This document shows, piece after piece, positions 42,999 through 53,388 of a stretch of DNA of 64,000 bases. A program made the translations under genes and the position numbers. Source of the DNA: Desulfomicrobium sp. (lineage in GTDB: Bacteria; Desulfobacterota; Desulfovibrionia; Desulfovibrionales; Desulfomicrobiaceae); contig JAXGMI010000001.1 of the NCBI GenBank assembly GCA_040768745.1, positions 768,001-832,000 on the forward strand. The letters are read 5' to 3'. The notes beneath the pieces were generated by a model, which ran no database searches, was not told the DNA's origin, and was given only the letters and a program-made list of their open reading frames with translations. Numbering within the stretch: position 1 is the stretch's first letter; each line of letters begins with the position of its first letter.

Positions 42999-44563
42999 TG
43001 CGCCGGCTCCTGGGCCAGCCCTTGTTTCTCTTCCTTCTGCTCTGCGTGCTGGCCTTCCTTTTTTTCAGCACCGGACTGGACGACTGGGGTCAGCGCCAGG
43101 CTGAGCACATTGCCCTGTTACGCGATGATTTCGGCACTGCCCGCAAGGACAGCCTGCTCAAGAAGCTGGGACTGCCCAGGGTCACGCATCCCCAAACCGG
43201 ACACCTGGTGGAGGGTGCCAGAAACGACCTCAGCTCGCTGCCCGTTATGTCCCTGCGAGCAGTGGCCATCCGGGTGGCCGAAGCGGACCTATCAGACCCT
43301 GAAAAAGGGCTCCAGACCAACAGCCGCCAGCGAGGCCGGGAATGGGAGCGCCCGGCAGGCGTGGCCGTCCTGCGGAACGGGCAGGAACTCCTGGCCGCGC
43401 CGGCAGGCATCCGCCTCCAGGGCAACCGGGCCACCAGGGACATGCTGCACAGTTTTCGCCTCTATTTCCGGGCTAGCTACGGCGAGAACACGGTGCCCGG
43501 ATCGGCGTTCCTGGATGACGCACACATGAACGTCCGCAAGATTGTCCTGCGCAAGGAAAAGAACCCGGTGCCCGGATTCGTGACCATGCTGGCCTTTGAC
43601 GTGGCCAGAAGGGTTGGATCCATGACCCCGGACTATGCCCCGGTACACATGTTCCTGAACGGCCGCAGCCTGGGCCTCGGTCTGGCCAGTGAACACGTCA
43701 ACCGCACCCACTGGGAACGCCGGCTTGGGCACAGAAACTTCGCCTTCTATGTCCTGGAAGCTGAAAATTCTGTCCTGGACAGCGCGCAGTACAAGGCGCT
43801 GCGTTTCCGTCTCGATCCCTTCTTCGGGCTCTGGGAGTACGATCGCGTGGCAGAGATCCTGGATGTGAATGACTTCATGCGCGCCATGACCTGCTTCGCC
43901 TTCGTGCAATGGCAGGACTGGAACCAGGGCGCCCTGATCCTGGATCGGACCGAGGCCGGTCCGCGCTGGAAAAGCGTGCTGTGGGACGCGGATCTGGCTT
44001 TTGCCGGGTTGCGGTCAGACGGCGTGCCCGAAAACAGGGCCGGATGGAAGAACCTGCGCGATGCCCATGGACTGCGGGCCGCTGTTTTCAAGGGCATGTG
44101 GGAAAACAGTCAACAGTTCCGGGAGGAATTTCTGCGGCTCTTGAGCTGGACCATCAACCACCGCCTGACCAGGGCATGGATCGAAGAACGGATTCGACAC
44201 TACACCGGCCTGGAAACCGACAGCGGTCTGGACTGTTTCGACGCGGGGGTGGCCCTCACCTATCTCCTGCAGCGGCGTGTGGATCTCCTGGCCGAAACGA
44301 CCAGGGATCTGGGCGCTCCGGACGTGATCGCCTGCCGGGTCGAAAGCCCCCAACCCGTGGTGGTCGACGATGAAAGGGTCACGACAAGCTATGAAGGCCT
44401 CTATTTCCGGGGGCAGGCAATCACCCTGGCCCCACAGCCCCACGCATCGTTTTCCCACTGGATCGTTGACGAACGGCACGTCCACGAACCCCGTCTGACC
44501 CTCGAACTCCAAAGAGACACCGTGGTCAGGGCTGCATTTTTCCCTTCCGCCAATCCTTCCTAG
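42998..44563 (+). CDS. CotH-family kinase, exported
   Basis: N-terminal TM; GREWERP, GIRL.GN, SFRLYFR..YG, DW...N and WD.D.AF motifs. Confidence 0.82.
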   Translation: MRRLLGQPLFLFLLLCVLAFLFFSTGLDDWGQRQAEHIALLRDDFGTARKDSLLKKLGLPRVTHPQTGHLVEGARNDLSSLPVMSLRAVAIRVAEADLSDPEKGLQTNSRQRGREWERPAGVAVLRNGQELLAAPAGIRLQGNRATRDMLHSFRLYFRASYGENTVPGSAFLDDAHMNVRKIVLRKEKNPVPGFVTMLAFDVARRVGSMTPDYAPVHMFLNGRSLGLGLASEHVNRTHWERRLGHRNFAFYVLEAENSVLDSAQYKALRFRLDPFFGLWEYDRVAEILDVNDFMRAMTCFAFVQWQDWNQGALILDRTEAGPRWKSVLWDADLAFAGLRSDGVPENRAGWKNLRDAHGLRAAVFKGMWENSQQFREEFLRLLSWTINHRLTRAWIEERIRHYTGLETDSGLDCFDAGVALTYLLQRRVDLLAETTRDLGAPDVIACRVESPQPVVVDDERVTTSYEGLYFRGQAITLAPQPHASFSHWIVDERHVHEPRLTLELQRDTVVRAAFFPSANPS

Positions 44564-46098
44564 TGCGCTGCCTCGGGCATGTGCGCCCCGTGATCCGGGC
44601 GGCGGATGACCCACATGAACCCCGCCAGGCTGAGAAAGAACAGGGCCTGCACAAAAAAAACATCCACATAGGCCATGTATGCGGCCTGCTGCTGGACATA
44701 CTGGTAGATGACCCCCAGGGCCTCATGGGGGGTGAGATCCATGAGCCGTTCCAGGGCGTCCCGGGCCTGGGCCAGGGGCGGATCATAGGGGGTGAGATGC
44801 TCCACCAGCCGATGCTGGTGGAACTGGGCACGCCGCGCCAGAAGCGTGGTCACGAAGGCCGTTCCAAAGGATCCGCCCAGGTTGCGCAGCAGGCTGAAGA
44901 GGGCCGAAGCATTGTTCATGCTCTCGCGCGGAATGTAGGCCATGGTCAGAAAGGACAGGGGCACGAAGAAAAAGGCGATGCCAACTGCCTGCATGTTGCG
45001 CCCAAGAATGGCCGTGCCGATATCGATCCGCAGGGTGAAACGGGACATGAAGACGAGGGACAGGCCCGAGATGAGCAGACCCAGGCAGAGCAGCAAGCGT
45101 GCGTCGATCTTTTCCGTCAGCTTGCCGACCATCGGCAGCAGAAGGAGCATGATGGCCCCGCTGGGCCCCAGCACCAGCCCGGCCAGAAAGGAGGTGTAGC
45201 CCATCAGGTTCTGCAGATACATGGGCAGGAGTACGATGGACCCGAAAAAAGCAAAAAAGCCAAAAAACATGATCACGTTGCCCGCCGCAAAATTTCGATA
45301 CTGAAATGTGCGCAGATTGACGATCGGATTTGCATGCCTGAGTTCCCACCAGACAAGGACTGCAAGGCATACTCCGGCCAGGATGCTCAGGATGACGATC
45401 TGCTCCGAAGCGAACCAATCCTCCTGCTGACCCTTGTCCAGAACTATCTGCAGGCTGCCCAGTCCGACGGACAGGAGGGCCAGACCCAGGCAGTCGACCT
45501 TCTCTCCTGACAAACGGCGCTGCTGGTAGGGCGGATCGAAGATAAAGGCCCAGCACATGTACAGGGCGACCGCGCCGATGGGCACATTGATGTAGAAAAT
45601 CCAGATCCAGGAATAATTGTCAGTGATGTAGCCACCCAGAAGAGGGCCCAGGATGGGGCCGAGCACTGCGCCCATGGCGTAGATGGCCATGGCCAAGCCG
45701 CGCTGCTGGGGCGGAAAGGTTTCAAGCAGGATGGCCTGGGACATGGGCTGCAGCCCCCCTCCGCCGACCCCCTGGATGATGCGGAAAAACACCAGTGCCT
45801 CCAGGCTCTGGGCCAGGCCGCAGAGCATGGAGGACAAGGTGAACACCGCCACCGAGGCCATGAGGTAGTTCTTGCGACCCATCAGCCGGGCCAGCCAACC
45901 GCTCATGGGGATAATAACGGCGTTGGAAACCAGATAGGAGGTCAGGACCCAGGTCACCTCGTCCTGACCAGCGGACAGGGAACCCTGGATGTGGCTCAAG
46001 GCCACATTGGCGATGGACGTATCCAGGATCTCCAGCAGTGTCGGGATCATGACGCTCAACGTGATGAGCCACTTGCCCGTAACGCGATCCCTGGCCAT
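44560..46098 (-). CDS. DHA2/EmrB MFS efflux permease
   Basis: LD.SIANVAL, WV.TSYL, FR..QG..GG and LLRNLGGS.G motifs. Confidence 0.93.
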   Translation of the reverse strand: MARDRVTGKWLITLSVMIPTLLEILDTSIANVALSHIQGSLSAGQDEVTWVLTSYLVSNAVIIPMSGWLARLMGRKNYLMASVAVFTLSSMLCGLAQSLEALVFFRIIQGVGGGGLQPMSQAILLETFPPQQRGLAMAIYAMGAVLGPILGPLLGGYITDNYSWIWIFYINVPIGAVALYMCWAFIFDPPYQQRRLSGEKVDCLGLALLSVGLGSLQIVLDKGQQEDWFASEQIVILSILAGVCLAVLVWWELRHANPIVNLRTFQYRNFAAGNVIMFFGFFAFFGSIVLLPMYLQNLMGYTSFLAGLVLGPSGAIMLLLLPMVGKLTEKIDARLLLCLGLLISGLSLVFMSRFTLRIDIGTAILGRNMQAVGIAFFFVPLSFLTMAYIPRESMNNASALFSLLRNLGGSFGTAFVTTLLARRAQFHQHRLVEHLTPYDPPLAQARDALERLMDLTPHEALGVIYQYVQQQAAYMAYVDVFFVQALFFLSLAGFMWVIRRPDHGAHMPEAAH

Positions 46099-46100
46099 GG

Positions 46101-47324
46101 CTAATCCAGATGAATGATCGGCACCACACTCATGCCCAGACGCAAGGACTCGGTGCCGTTGAGCGGATCAAGACCGATCCTGACCGGAATGCGCTGCACC
46201 ACTTTGACATAATTGCCCATGGCATTTTCCGGAGGGAAGAGGGAAAAGACCGCCCCGGTTCCGGCCATGACGGATTCGACCCAGCCAGTGAACTCTCGAC
46301 CCGGAAAGGCATCGACCTCGAGGCTCACCCGCTGTCCTGGGCGGACCCTGGCCAGCTGGGTTTCCTTGAAATTGGCCGTGATCCAAAGCTGGCCGTGATT
46401 GAGAGGCACCAAGGCCAGCAGTGGCTGGCCAGCAGACACCAGCTGCCCGACCTCGACCTTCTTCTTGGTGACGTGTCCGCTGACCGGAGCCAGAATACGG
46501 GTATATCCCAAATCCAATTCCGCTTTGCGCACCTTTTCCTTGGCCAAGACCACCCGCGCTTCCTGGGCCGCCACCTCCAGGTCCTTGATGCTGGCGACCT
46601 CGTGCCCGGTTCCGGCCAGCCCGATATTGGCCCTCAGGCTGGCTACGTTTTCCCGCAACGAGGCCAGGTTGCGCCCAGCCGCGGCGGCCTTGTCCCGGGC
46701 CCCGGCGGCCTGGGCCCTGGCGCTGTCCAGGGTGGTCTGCGCCGTGTCCAATGCAGATTGGGCAATGATCTGCTGGCGGCGCAGGGTCTCCAGTCGGCCA
46801 AAATTGAGTTCGGCGTTTCTCGACTCCGCCTCGGCGTGCAACGCAAATTGCCGTGCAGCAGCCTCCTCCAGGGCCGCCTGATCCAGGCTGCGCAGAAGAC
46901 TGTCCAGCTGGGCCCTGGCCCCGGCGACCTGCAGCTCCGTCTGCGTCTTTTGCAGGGGCACACCCCTGCGCAGGGAGGCCAGCTGGGCTTCGGCCGCTGC
47001 GAGATCAGCCCGGGCCTGGGCCACAGCCACCTCGTACCCCACGGGATCGAGCCCCAGAAGGGGTTGCCCTGCCTGGACCAGCTCATTGTCCAGCACGAGA
47101 TCCTCCTGGACATAGCCTGCCACGCGCGGAGTAATCTGATGGATCCACCCGTCCACAAAGGCGTCGTCCGTGGAGACCCGGTTCAGGCCCCGCACGTATT
47201 CGAAAATCCCGAATCCCGCTCCAAGCAGAACGAGACACAACAGAATGATCCGTTTCCATCCGGCCCGACCACTGGTTTCGAGGGACGTGTCCGATGCTGC
47301 GCTCATTGTTTCACCCTGGTCCAA
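46101..47324 (-). CDS. HlyD/EmrA membrane fusion protein
   Basis: STDDAFV, I.APVSG, ANFKETQL and LFPPENA.GNYVKVVQRIPV motifs. Confidence 0.93.
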   Translation of the reverse strand: MDQGETMSAASDTSLETSGRAGWKRIILLCLVLLGAGFGIFEYVRGLNRVSTDDAFVDGWIHQITPRVAGYVQEDLVLDNELVQAGQPLLGLDPVGYEVAVAQARADLAAAEAQLASLRRGVPLQKTQTELQVAGARAQLDSLLRSLDQAALEEAAARQFALHAEAESRNAELNFGRLETLRRQQIIAQSALDTAQTTLDSARAQAAGARDKAAAAGRNLASLRENVASLRANIGLAGTGHEVASIKDLEVAAQEARVVLAKEKVRKAELDLGYTRILAPVSGHVTKKKVEVGQLVSAGQPLLALVPLNHGQLWITANFKETQLARVRPGQRVSLEVDAFPGREFTGWVESVMAGTGAVFSLFPPENAMGNYVKVVQRIPVRIGLDPLNGTESLRLGMSVVPIIHLD

Positions 47325-49840
47325 AGATCAAATAACTGGCCGGTAAACCTGTCCCTCATCAATGGCAAGAGCGAAGTCTAGGGGGCAATCCGGGCGGCCC
47401 AGTCCACGGGCAGGCGCACGGCCTTTCCGGCCTTGTTGCGGAAGAGCAGATGGCCGTGACGGAGGCCGAACTCGAATAGATCGCGGGTCACGGCCACATC
47501 ATGGCGGCAGTACTCGAGGATTTCCCCCAACCTTCCCTCCTTCCACCAGGCCAGGGCCTGCATGCCGCTGGCGGTCTTGGCTGCGCCGAGGGTTTCCCTG
47601 GCCAAATGATCCAGGGACAGACGGTAGCCGAGGATGGCGTGGATGTCGGCCAGGATATCCAGGGTGGGCAACGTTGAAAAATCGAATCGGCTCAGCCCTC
47701 CGAGGACGGCGAAGTCGAAACGAAGGATGTTGAACCCGACCACCAGATCGTATTCGACCAGATCTCCGACCAGACGAGACACGTCCTCCTGCAGATACTC
47801 GCGAAACTCGCCCGAGACCGAATCGTGTACCACCACGCAGCTCACCCCCATCAGATCGGCTCTGTGCCAGCCACCGACCTCCTGGGCTGAGCGCCGGGTT
47901 TCCAGGTCCAGGACGGCGTAGCGAAAACCGTCAAGCATCCGTATTCCGGCTGCAACTGGGGCCTGTTGCCGGGACGACGGGGCACAGCCCTCAGCCATGG
48001 ACGTTTGCCCGGCCCGCGCAGCCGACCTTGGGCCCTGCACAGGCACAGCGGGAGGGGCAGCCTCGGCGGGCTGGAATGCACCTGGCCCCTCTCCGGCAAC
48101 ACCGGACTGGGGCCGCCCGCGTATGACCCCGTCCAGCAACCGCAGGGCTGCGCTCTTGGAAATGGGCCGGTTGCCTGACCCGCATTTGGGAGAGTGCACG
48201 CAGGATGGGCAGCCGGTCTCGCACCCACAAGAGCGGATGGCGGCCATGGTCCGCTCCAGCAGCCTTTCGTATTGAGCATACGCCTCGTCCACCAGACCGC
48301 AGCCTCCAGGGAGCCCGTCGTAGATGAAGATGGCCCCGGACCCGACCTGGGGGTGGAAGGGTGTTGAAATCCCGCCCAGGTCGTTGCGATCGGCCAGAAC
48401 CAAGAGCGGCATCATGCCGATGGCCGCATGCTCGATGGCGTGGATGCCCCCCATGAAGTGCACCATCTCCCTCTCCACCTGCCTCCGGAGGTCTTCGGGG
48501 ATGGCGATCCACACCCCGCGGGTGACGAAGACCAGGGGCTCCATGTCCAGCAGCTCGGTCCCCAGATTTTTCCCGCTGCGCACGCTGATGCGGTCGTAGC
48601 CTGTGACCTGATCCGTGACCCGCACCCGGCCCAGATGGACCATGGCCCCGAGCACGACCCTCGACGCGGCGATTTCGATGATCTCCGTGGACTTCTCATG
48701 ACGGACCCTGGTGTAATAGCCGACATTGGCCCGCCTGGCCCTCACCAGCCCCGCACCCAGGTCCAGATCTTCAACCAGATAGGTCTGGCCCCGGTGCAGG
48801 TAGACCGCTCCAGGATGGGTTTCGAGCACAGCCCGGAAGCGGTCCACCAACCCGATGCGTTCCCCGCTCTCCACATCGATGATGGGCAGGGTCGCACCAG
48901 TGCCGCGCAGGCTGACGTCCCGCTGCGGCTGTCGGGCCCTGGAGAAATACTCCTGCCCGTCCCCGCTGCGCAAAAGATCTCCATAGCGGGTCATTTCCGC
49001 GACGAGAGCGGCGTGTTCGCGGACCAAGGGCTCATCCCGCCCCAGGGAATGCTCGGCAGCCGCACAGCAGAGATGACTGGCCGCGATGACCGGGTTGCCG
49101 GGGTTGATCACCGCCCGTTCCGGCTGCATGGCGAAGAACTCGTCCGGGTTGTGCATGAAATACTGGTCCAGGGCATCCTCGTGTCCGATGAACACGGTGG
49201 CGGCCTCCTGGCCACCCCTCCCCACCCGCCCGGAACGCTGCAAAGTAGCCATGATGGAACCGGGATACCCGACCAGGATGCACAGATCCAGACCGCCTAT
49301 GTCGATCCCCAGCTCCAGGGCGCTGGTGGATATGACGGCCAGAAGCTCGCCTGATCCAAGCCTGGCCTCGATCTCCCGGCGCTCTTCGGGCAGGAAGCCT
49401 GCCCGGTAGGCGGGGATGCGTTCCCGCTGTCTGGCCTCGCGCTGCCCGGCCCACAGGGCTATGAGTTCGGTCATCTTGCGGGACTTGCAGTACACGATGG
49501 TCCTCAGACCCAGACGCAGTGCCTCCTGGAGCAATCCGATGGCTTTTTGGGCCGCGCCCTCCACGCCATTCATGAGCACGATGTGCTTGGGAGGACTCGC
49601 GGCCGTCCCCTCCAGCACGACTTCCATGGGCAGGCCGGTCAGGCTGGCGGCGAGCTCTGCCGGGTTGGCGATAGTGGCCGAGGAACAGACGAAGGTCGGC
49701 CGGGCGCCGTACAATTCACACAGGCGGAGCAGCCGCCGGAAGACCCAGGCCATGTGCGAACCCATCACGCCTCTGTAGGTATGCACCTCGTCCACAACGA
49801 CAAAATGGAGATGGGCGAAAAACCCGGCCCATTTTTCATG

Positions 49841-49859
49841 GCTGGGCAGAATGCCCAGA
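49841..49859. repeat. Target-site duplication (second copy at 51476-51494)
   Basis: GCTGGGCAGAATGCCCAGA on both sides of the IS. Confidence 0.93.
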
Positions 49860-51475
49860 CAGACCACTGACAAACCCTCGTCACACTGTCCGGCGAGGGT
49901 TTGTTTTTTCTGACGATGTGTATTTTTCCTGAAATCGTTCAGGAGGCCCTTCTGGGATCAAATTGGGGCGTATTGGCGCTTCTGTTGTTGGAATATCCCG
50001 TAAATAAAGGACAGAATCATCCCGGCCATGGCGCCCGCCGGGCTTGCTGGCCTGCGGAGTCCCAACCTGGACAAGTGCAGCGCGATTTTCTTCATGTTGA
50101 ACGCGGCCGCACACAGCAGGCACTGCTCCAAGACCTTCGAGAGACCACGCATCCGGGCGTAACGATGCCCATGCAGTTCCTTGCAGTCGGCAAAGCTGCG
50201 TTCAACCGTTTCCTTGCGTCGGGCATAGATGGCCTTGCCACGCTCCGTCAGCCGGTTGGAGTCGATGCGTTCCCGACTATCTTCCCATACGTGGCGCGCT
50301 ATGACCCGTCGGCATATCTTGCTGGTCGTGCATCTCTCAAGAAGCTGACATGCTTTGCAAATCTTGGGATCCGAGGCGTATTCCCGGTAACCCGCCCGGT
50401 TGGTGGTTCGGTAACTCAAAAGGCAGTTTGCAGGGCAGACGTAGCAATCCACTGAGTCGTCGTAGAAAAAATCCTTGCGTCTGAAGCGGCCCGTGTTTTT
50501 TCCAAAACGACGGTAGCCAACCACTCCAAAAATCCCTCTCTCCTCAAGCCCTTTGCAGATTCCTGTCGTCGCGTAGCCAGCATCCAGTCCAACCGCCTCC
50601 ACTTCAAAACCAAATCGTTCGCGCTGTCGATCAAGACGATCAAGATACGGTATCGAGTCATGCACATTGCCTGGCGTCACGTACGTATCCGTGATCAGGC
50701 CATGAAGACCGTCCACCGAGCGGTGATCCAGAAAGAAGAACCCCTTGGGCTTGCCGTCCCGGTGCATGTAGCCAGACTCCGGGTCCGTCGTGCTCTGCTT
50801 GACCGTCTTGGTTTCGGGTTCCGGATCGTTCTCTTTCAACGCCTTCTTGCCGTGGTCGGCCCGGTCCTGGGCAACGTCCCGCTCCAGATCATCGATGTAA
50901 TCCCGCGTGCTCTTGGCAACCTCGGCTTCGACAAACTTGTTCTTGTTGGCGTTGGCCTTGAGGTGGGTCGAATCCGTGTACAGGGTACGACCGTCGATCA
51001 TCTTGCGGCGGATGGCCTGAACCACGATCTCGTCGAAAATCTCCTGGTAGACCGTGCTCTGGTTGAAGCGACGGCGGCGGTTCTGGCTGATGGTCGAGGC
51101 GTCGGGAATCTTGTCTTCCAGGCTGAAGCCCAAAAACCAGCGGTAGGCGACATTGACCTTGATCTCCTCAATCAGCCGCCGCTCACTGCGGATGCCGAAC
51201 AGATACCCCAGAAAGAGCATCTTGAAGAGCACTGTCGGATCAAGAGCCGGCCGGCCGTTGTCCGGACAGTACAGGTCTTTGACCTTGTCGTGGATGAAAC
51301 GGAAATCGATGAACTTGGTGATCTTACGAAGAAGATGATCTTTGGGAACCAAGCGCTCGATGCAGACGAATTCGTACTTCAGTTGTTTGGGTCCTGTGCT
51401 GCGTAACATGTAAGCTTTCATAACAAAACCCCCGTCATTTGACGAGGGTTTTGAGGTGACTTTGTCAGCAGTCTG
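49860..51475 (-). mobile_element. IS1182-family insertion sequence (1616 bp)
   Basis: Terminal IRs CAGACCACTGACAAA / CAGACTGCTGACAAA (13/15 match); flanked by a 19-bp direct repeat. Confidence 0.92.
49958..51421 (-). CDS. IS1182-family DDE transposase
   Basis: LVP.DHLLRKI, NGRPA.DP, GIRSER.L, AYRWFLG, DSTH, LDAGY, Y..RK.TVER.FA and RGL.KV motifs. Confidence 0.93.
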   Translation of the reverse strand: MKAYMLRSTGPKQLKYEFVCIERLVPKDHLLRKITKFIDFRFIHDKVKDLYCPDNGRPALDPTVLFKMLFLGYLFGIRSERRLIEEIKVNVAYRWFLGFSLEDKIPDASTISQNRRRRFNQSTVYQEIFDEIVVQAIRRKMIDGRTLYTDSTHLKANANKNKFVEAEVAKSTRDYIDDLERDVAQDRADHGKKALKENDPEPETKTVKQSTTDPESGYMHRDGKPKGFFFLDHRSVDGLHGLITDTYVTPGNVHDSIPYLDRLDRQRERFGFEVEAVGLDAGYATTGICKGLEERGIFGVVGYRRFGKNTGRFRRKDFFYDDSVDCYVCPANCLLSYRTTNRAGYREYASDPKICKACQLLERCTTSKICRRVIARHVWEDSRERIDSNRLTERGKAIYARRKETVERSFADCKELHGHRYARMRGLSKVLEQCLLCAAAFNMKKIALHLSRLGLRRPASPAGAMAGMILSFIYGIFQQQKRQYAPI

Positions 51476-51999
51476 GCTGGGCAGAATGCCCAGATGCAGC
51501 ATGTCCGGATTGGTGAAGAGGATGTTCGGCGGATTCTGGCGGATGCGGGTCCGCTGCGAGGAAGAGGTGTCGCCGTCGTAGATAGCCGTTCGTGGCGTGG
51601 GGAAGAGGCTGGCGGCCAGACGGTCCAGGACTCGGCGCTGGTCCTGAGCCAGGGCCTTCAAGGGAAAGAGATAGAGGGCCCGGGCGCTGCTGTCTGCGTG
51701 ACAGGCCTCCAGAACCGGCAGGTTGTAGACCAGCGATTTGCCGCTGGCCGTAGGCGTGGCCACGACCACGTGCCGGCCGGCCCGGGCCAGATCCACGGCC
51801 AGGGCTTGATGGGCATAGAGTGCGCGCACTCCAAGCAAGTCCAGGGCCCGCTGCACCGGACCGGGCCAGGGCTTGGCCGGTGTGGAAAAGCGGGGAGACT
51901 GGGCCGGAAAAAAACGACGGCCGGCAAGGCAGGTGGCAAGCCAGGGAGTCTCCTCCACCAGGCGCAGAAATGCCCGCACGCCCGTGTCCATGTGAGGAC

Positions 52000-53376
52000 T
52001 CAATTCCTGGCCGCTATCCTGTATTTTTTGAGCTTGTACTGTAGTAGACTCTTGGACACATCCAGCAGCTCGGCTGCTTTGACCTGCACAAAGCCGGAAT
52101 GGACCAACGCGCGCCGGATCAGGGCTGCCTCGATCTTCTCCAGGGTTTCGGACAGGTTGACCTTCAGGGGCAGAAGGTCCACGGCGCTCTTGAACTGCGT
52201 CTCCTCGTCCCGCAGTTCGGCCGGAAGGTCGTCCACGTCGATGGTGTCACGGCTGGAAAGGACCACGCAGCGCTCGATGACGTTCTCCAGCTGCCGCACA
52301 TTGCCCGGCCATTCGTAGGCTGAAAGATAGTCGATGGCCCCGGCGGTGAACCCGTGCATCTGCCGGTTGTTCTCCAGGGCAAATTTTTTCAAAAAATGGC
52401 TGGCCAGGATGGGGATGTCCTCGCGGCGCTCACGCAACGGCGGCAGATGAATATTGACCACGTTCAGGCGGTAGAACAGGTCCTCCCTGAACCGTCCCGC
52501 CGTGATCTCGTCCTGGAGATTCTTGTTGGTGGCGGCCACCAAACGAAAATCCACGGCAATGCTCTCGGTCCCTCCGACCCTTTCGATGACCCGCTCCTGC
52601 AAGACACGCAACAGCTTGACCTGCATTTCGGCCGATAATTCGCCGATTTCATCCAGAAAAAGGGTCCCCCCCTGGGCCAGTTCGAAACGGCCGCGCTTGA
52701 GGGCCACAGCGCCCGTAAAAGAGCCCTTCTCGTGGCCGAAGAGTTCGCTCTCCAGCACCCCGGGGTTGAGGGACATGCAGTTGACGGAAATGAACGGCAT
52801 CTCTTTCCGGTCTGAGGAGATATGGATGGCCCGGGCCACCAGCTCCTTGCCCGTGCCGGACTCGCCCGTGACCAGTACGGTGCTGCGTGTCGGCGCGACC
52901 TTGCCGGCCAGGGCCAAGACGTCCTGGATGGCCTTGGAGTTTCCGATGATGGTTTCCTTGCCGAATTTTTCGGCCAGGCTCTCGCGCAGAAGTCGGTTCT
53001 GCTGCTCGGCATGGGAAAGCTTCAATGCCTTGCGCACGGAAAGAAGGATCTCGTCATTGGCGAACGGCTTGGTGATGTAGTCGAAGGCCCCGGACTTCAT
53101 GGCCTCCACTGCCCGGTCGATGGTCCCGAAGGCGGTCATGATCATGACCGGAATGTGCGGATGCCCCTTGCGCACGGCCTCCAGCACCTCCTGCCCGGTC
53201 ATGCCCGGCATCTTCATGTCCGTGATGACCACGTCCACTTCGGATTCGTCCAGAAAGGTCATGGCCATGACCGGGTCTCCCAGCGCCGTGACCGTGTAGC
53301 CTTCCTCCTCCAGGATGGCTTCCAGGATGAGCAGATAGTTTTTTTCGTCGTCGATGATCAGGATATGATTGCCCAT
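52000..53376 (-). CDS. Sigma-54-dependent response regulator (NtrC/AtoC family)
   Basis: Receiver domain, GESGTGKE, ESELFGHEKGSFTGA, WPGNVRQL, C-terminal HTH. Confidence 0.95.
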   Translation of the reverse strand: MGNHILIIDDEKNYLLILEAILEEEGYTVTALGDPVMAMTFLDESEVDVVITDMKMPGMTGQEVLEAVRKGHPHIPVMIMTAFGTIDRAVEAMKSGAFDYITKPFANDEILLSVRKALKLSHAEQQNRLLRESLAEKFGKETIIGNSKAIQDVLALAGKVAPTRSTVLVTGESGTGKELVARAIHISSDRKEMPFISVNCMSLNPGVLESELFGHEKGSFTGAVALKRGRFELAQGGTLFLDEIGELSAEMQVKLLRVLQERVIERVGGTESIAVDFRLVAATNKNLQDEITAGRFREDLFYRLNVVNIHLPPLRERREDIPILASHFLKKFALENNRQMHGFTAGAIDYLSAYEWPGNVRQLENVIERCVVLSSRDTIDVDDLPAELRDEETQFKSAVDLLPLKVNLSETLEKIEAALIRRALVHSGFVQVKAAELLDVSKSLLQYKLKKYRIAARN

Positions 53377-53388
53377 GTTGTGCGCTCG

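Larger units (their letters stand above)
47378..52003 (-). pseudogene. DEAD/DEAH helicase (DUF1998, MrfA/Hrq1-like) with C-terminal RNase H-like domain, interrupted by IS
   Basis: TPTASGKS in the 5' part; DEVH, SATI, LELGID, QR.GR.GR, C.C..GCP.C and DLET in the 3' part. Removing the IS and one target copy restores a 996-aa frame. Confidence 0.92.
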
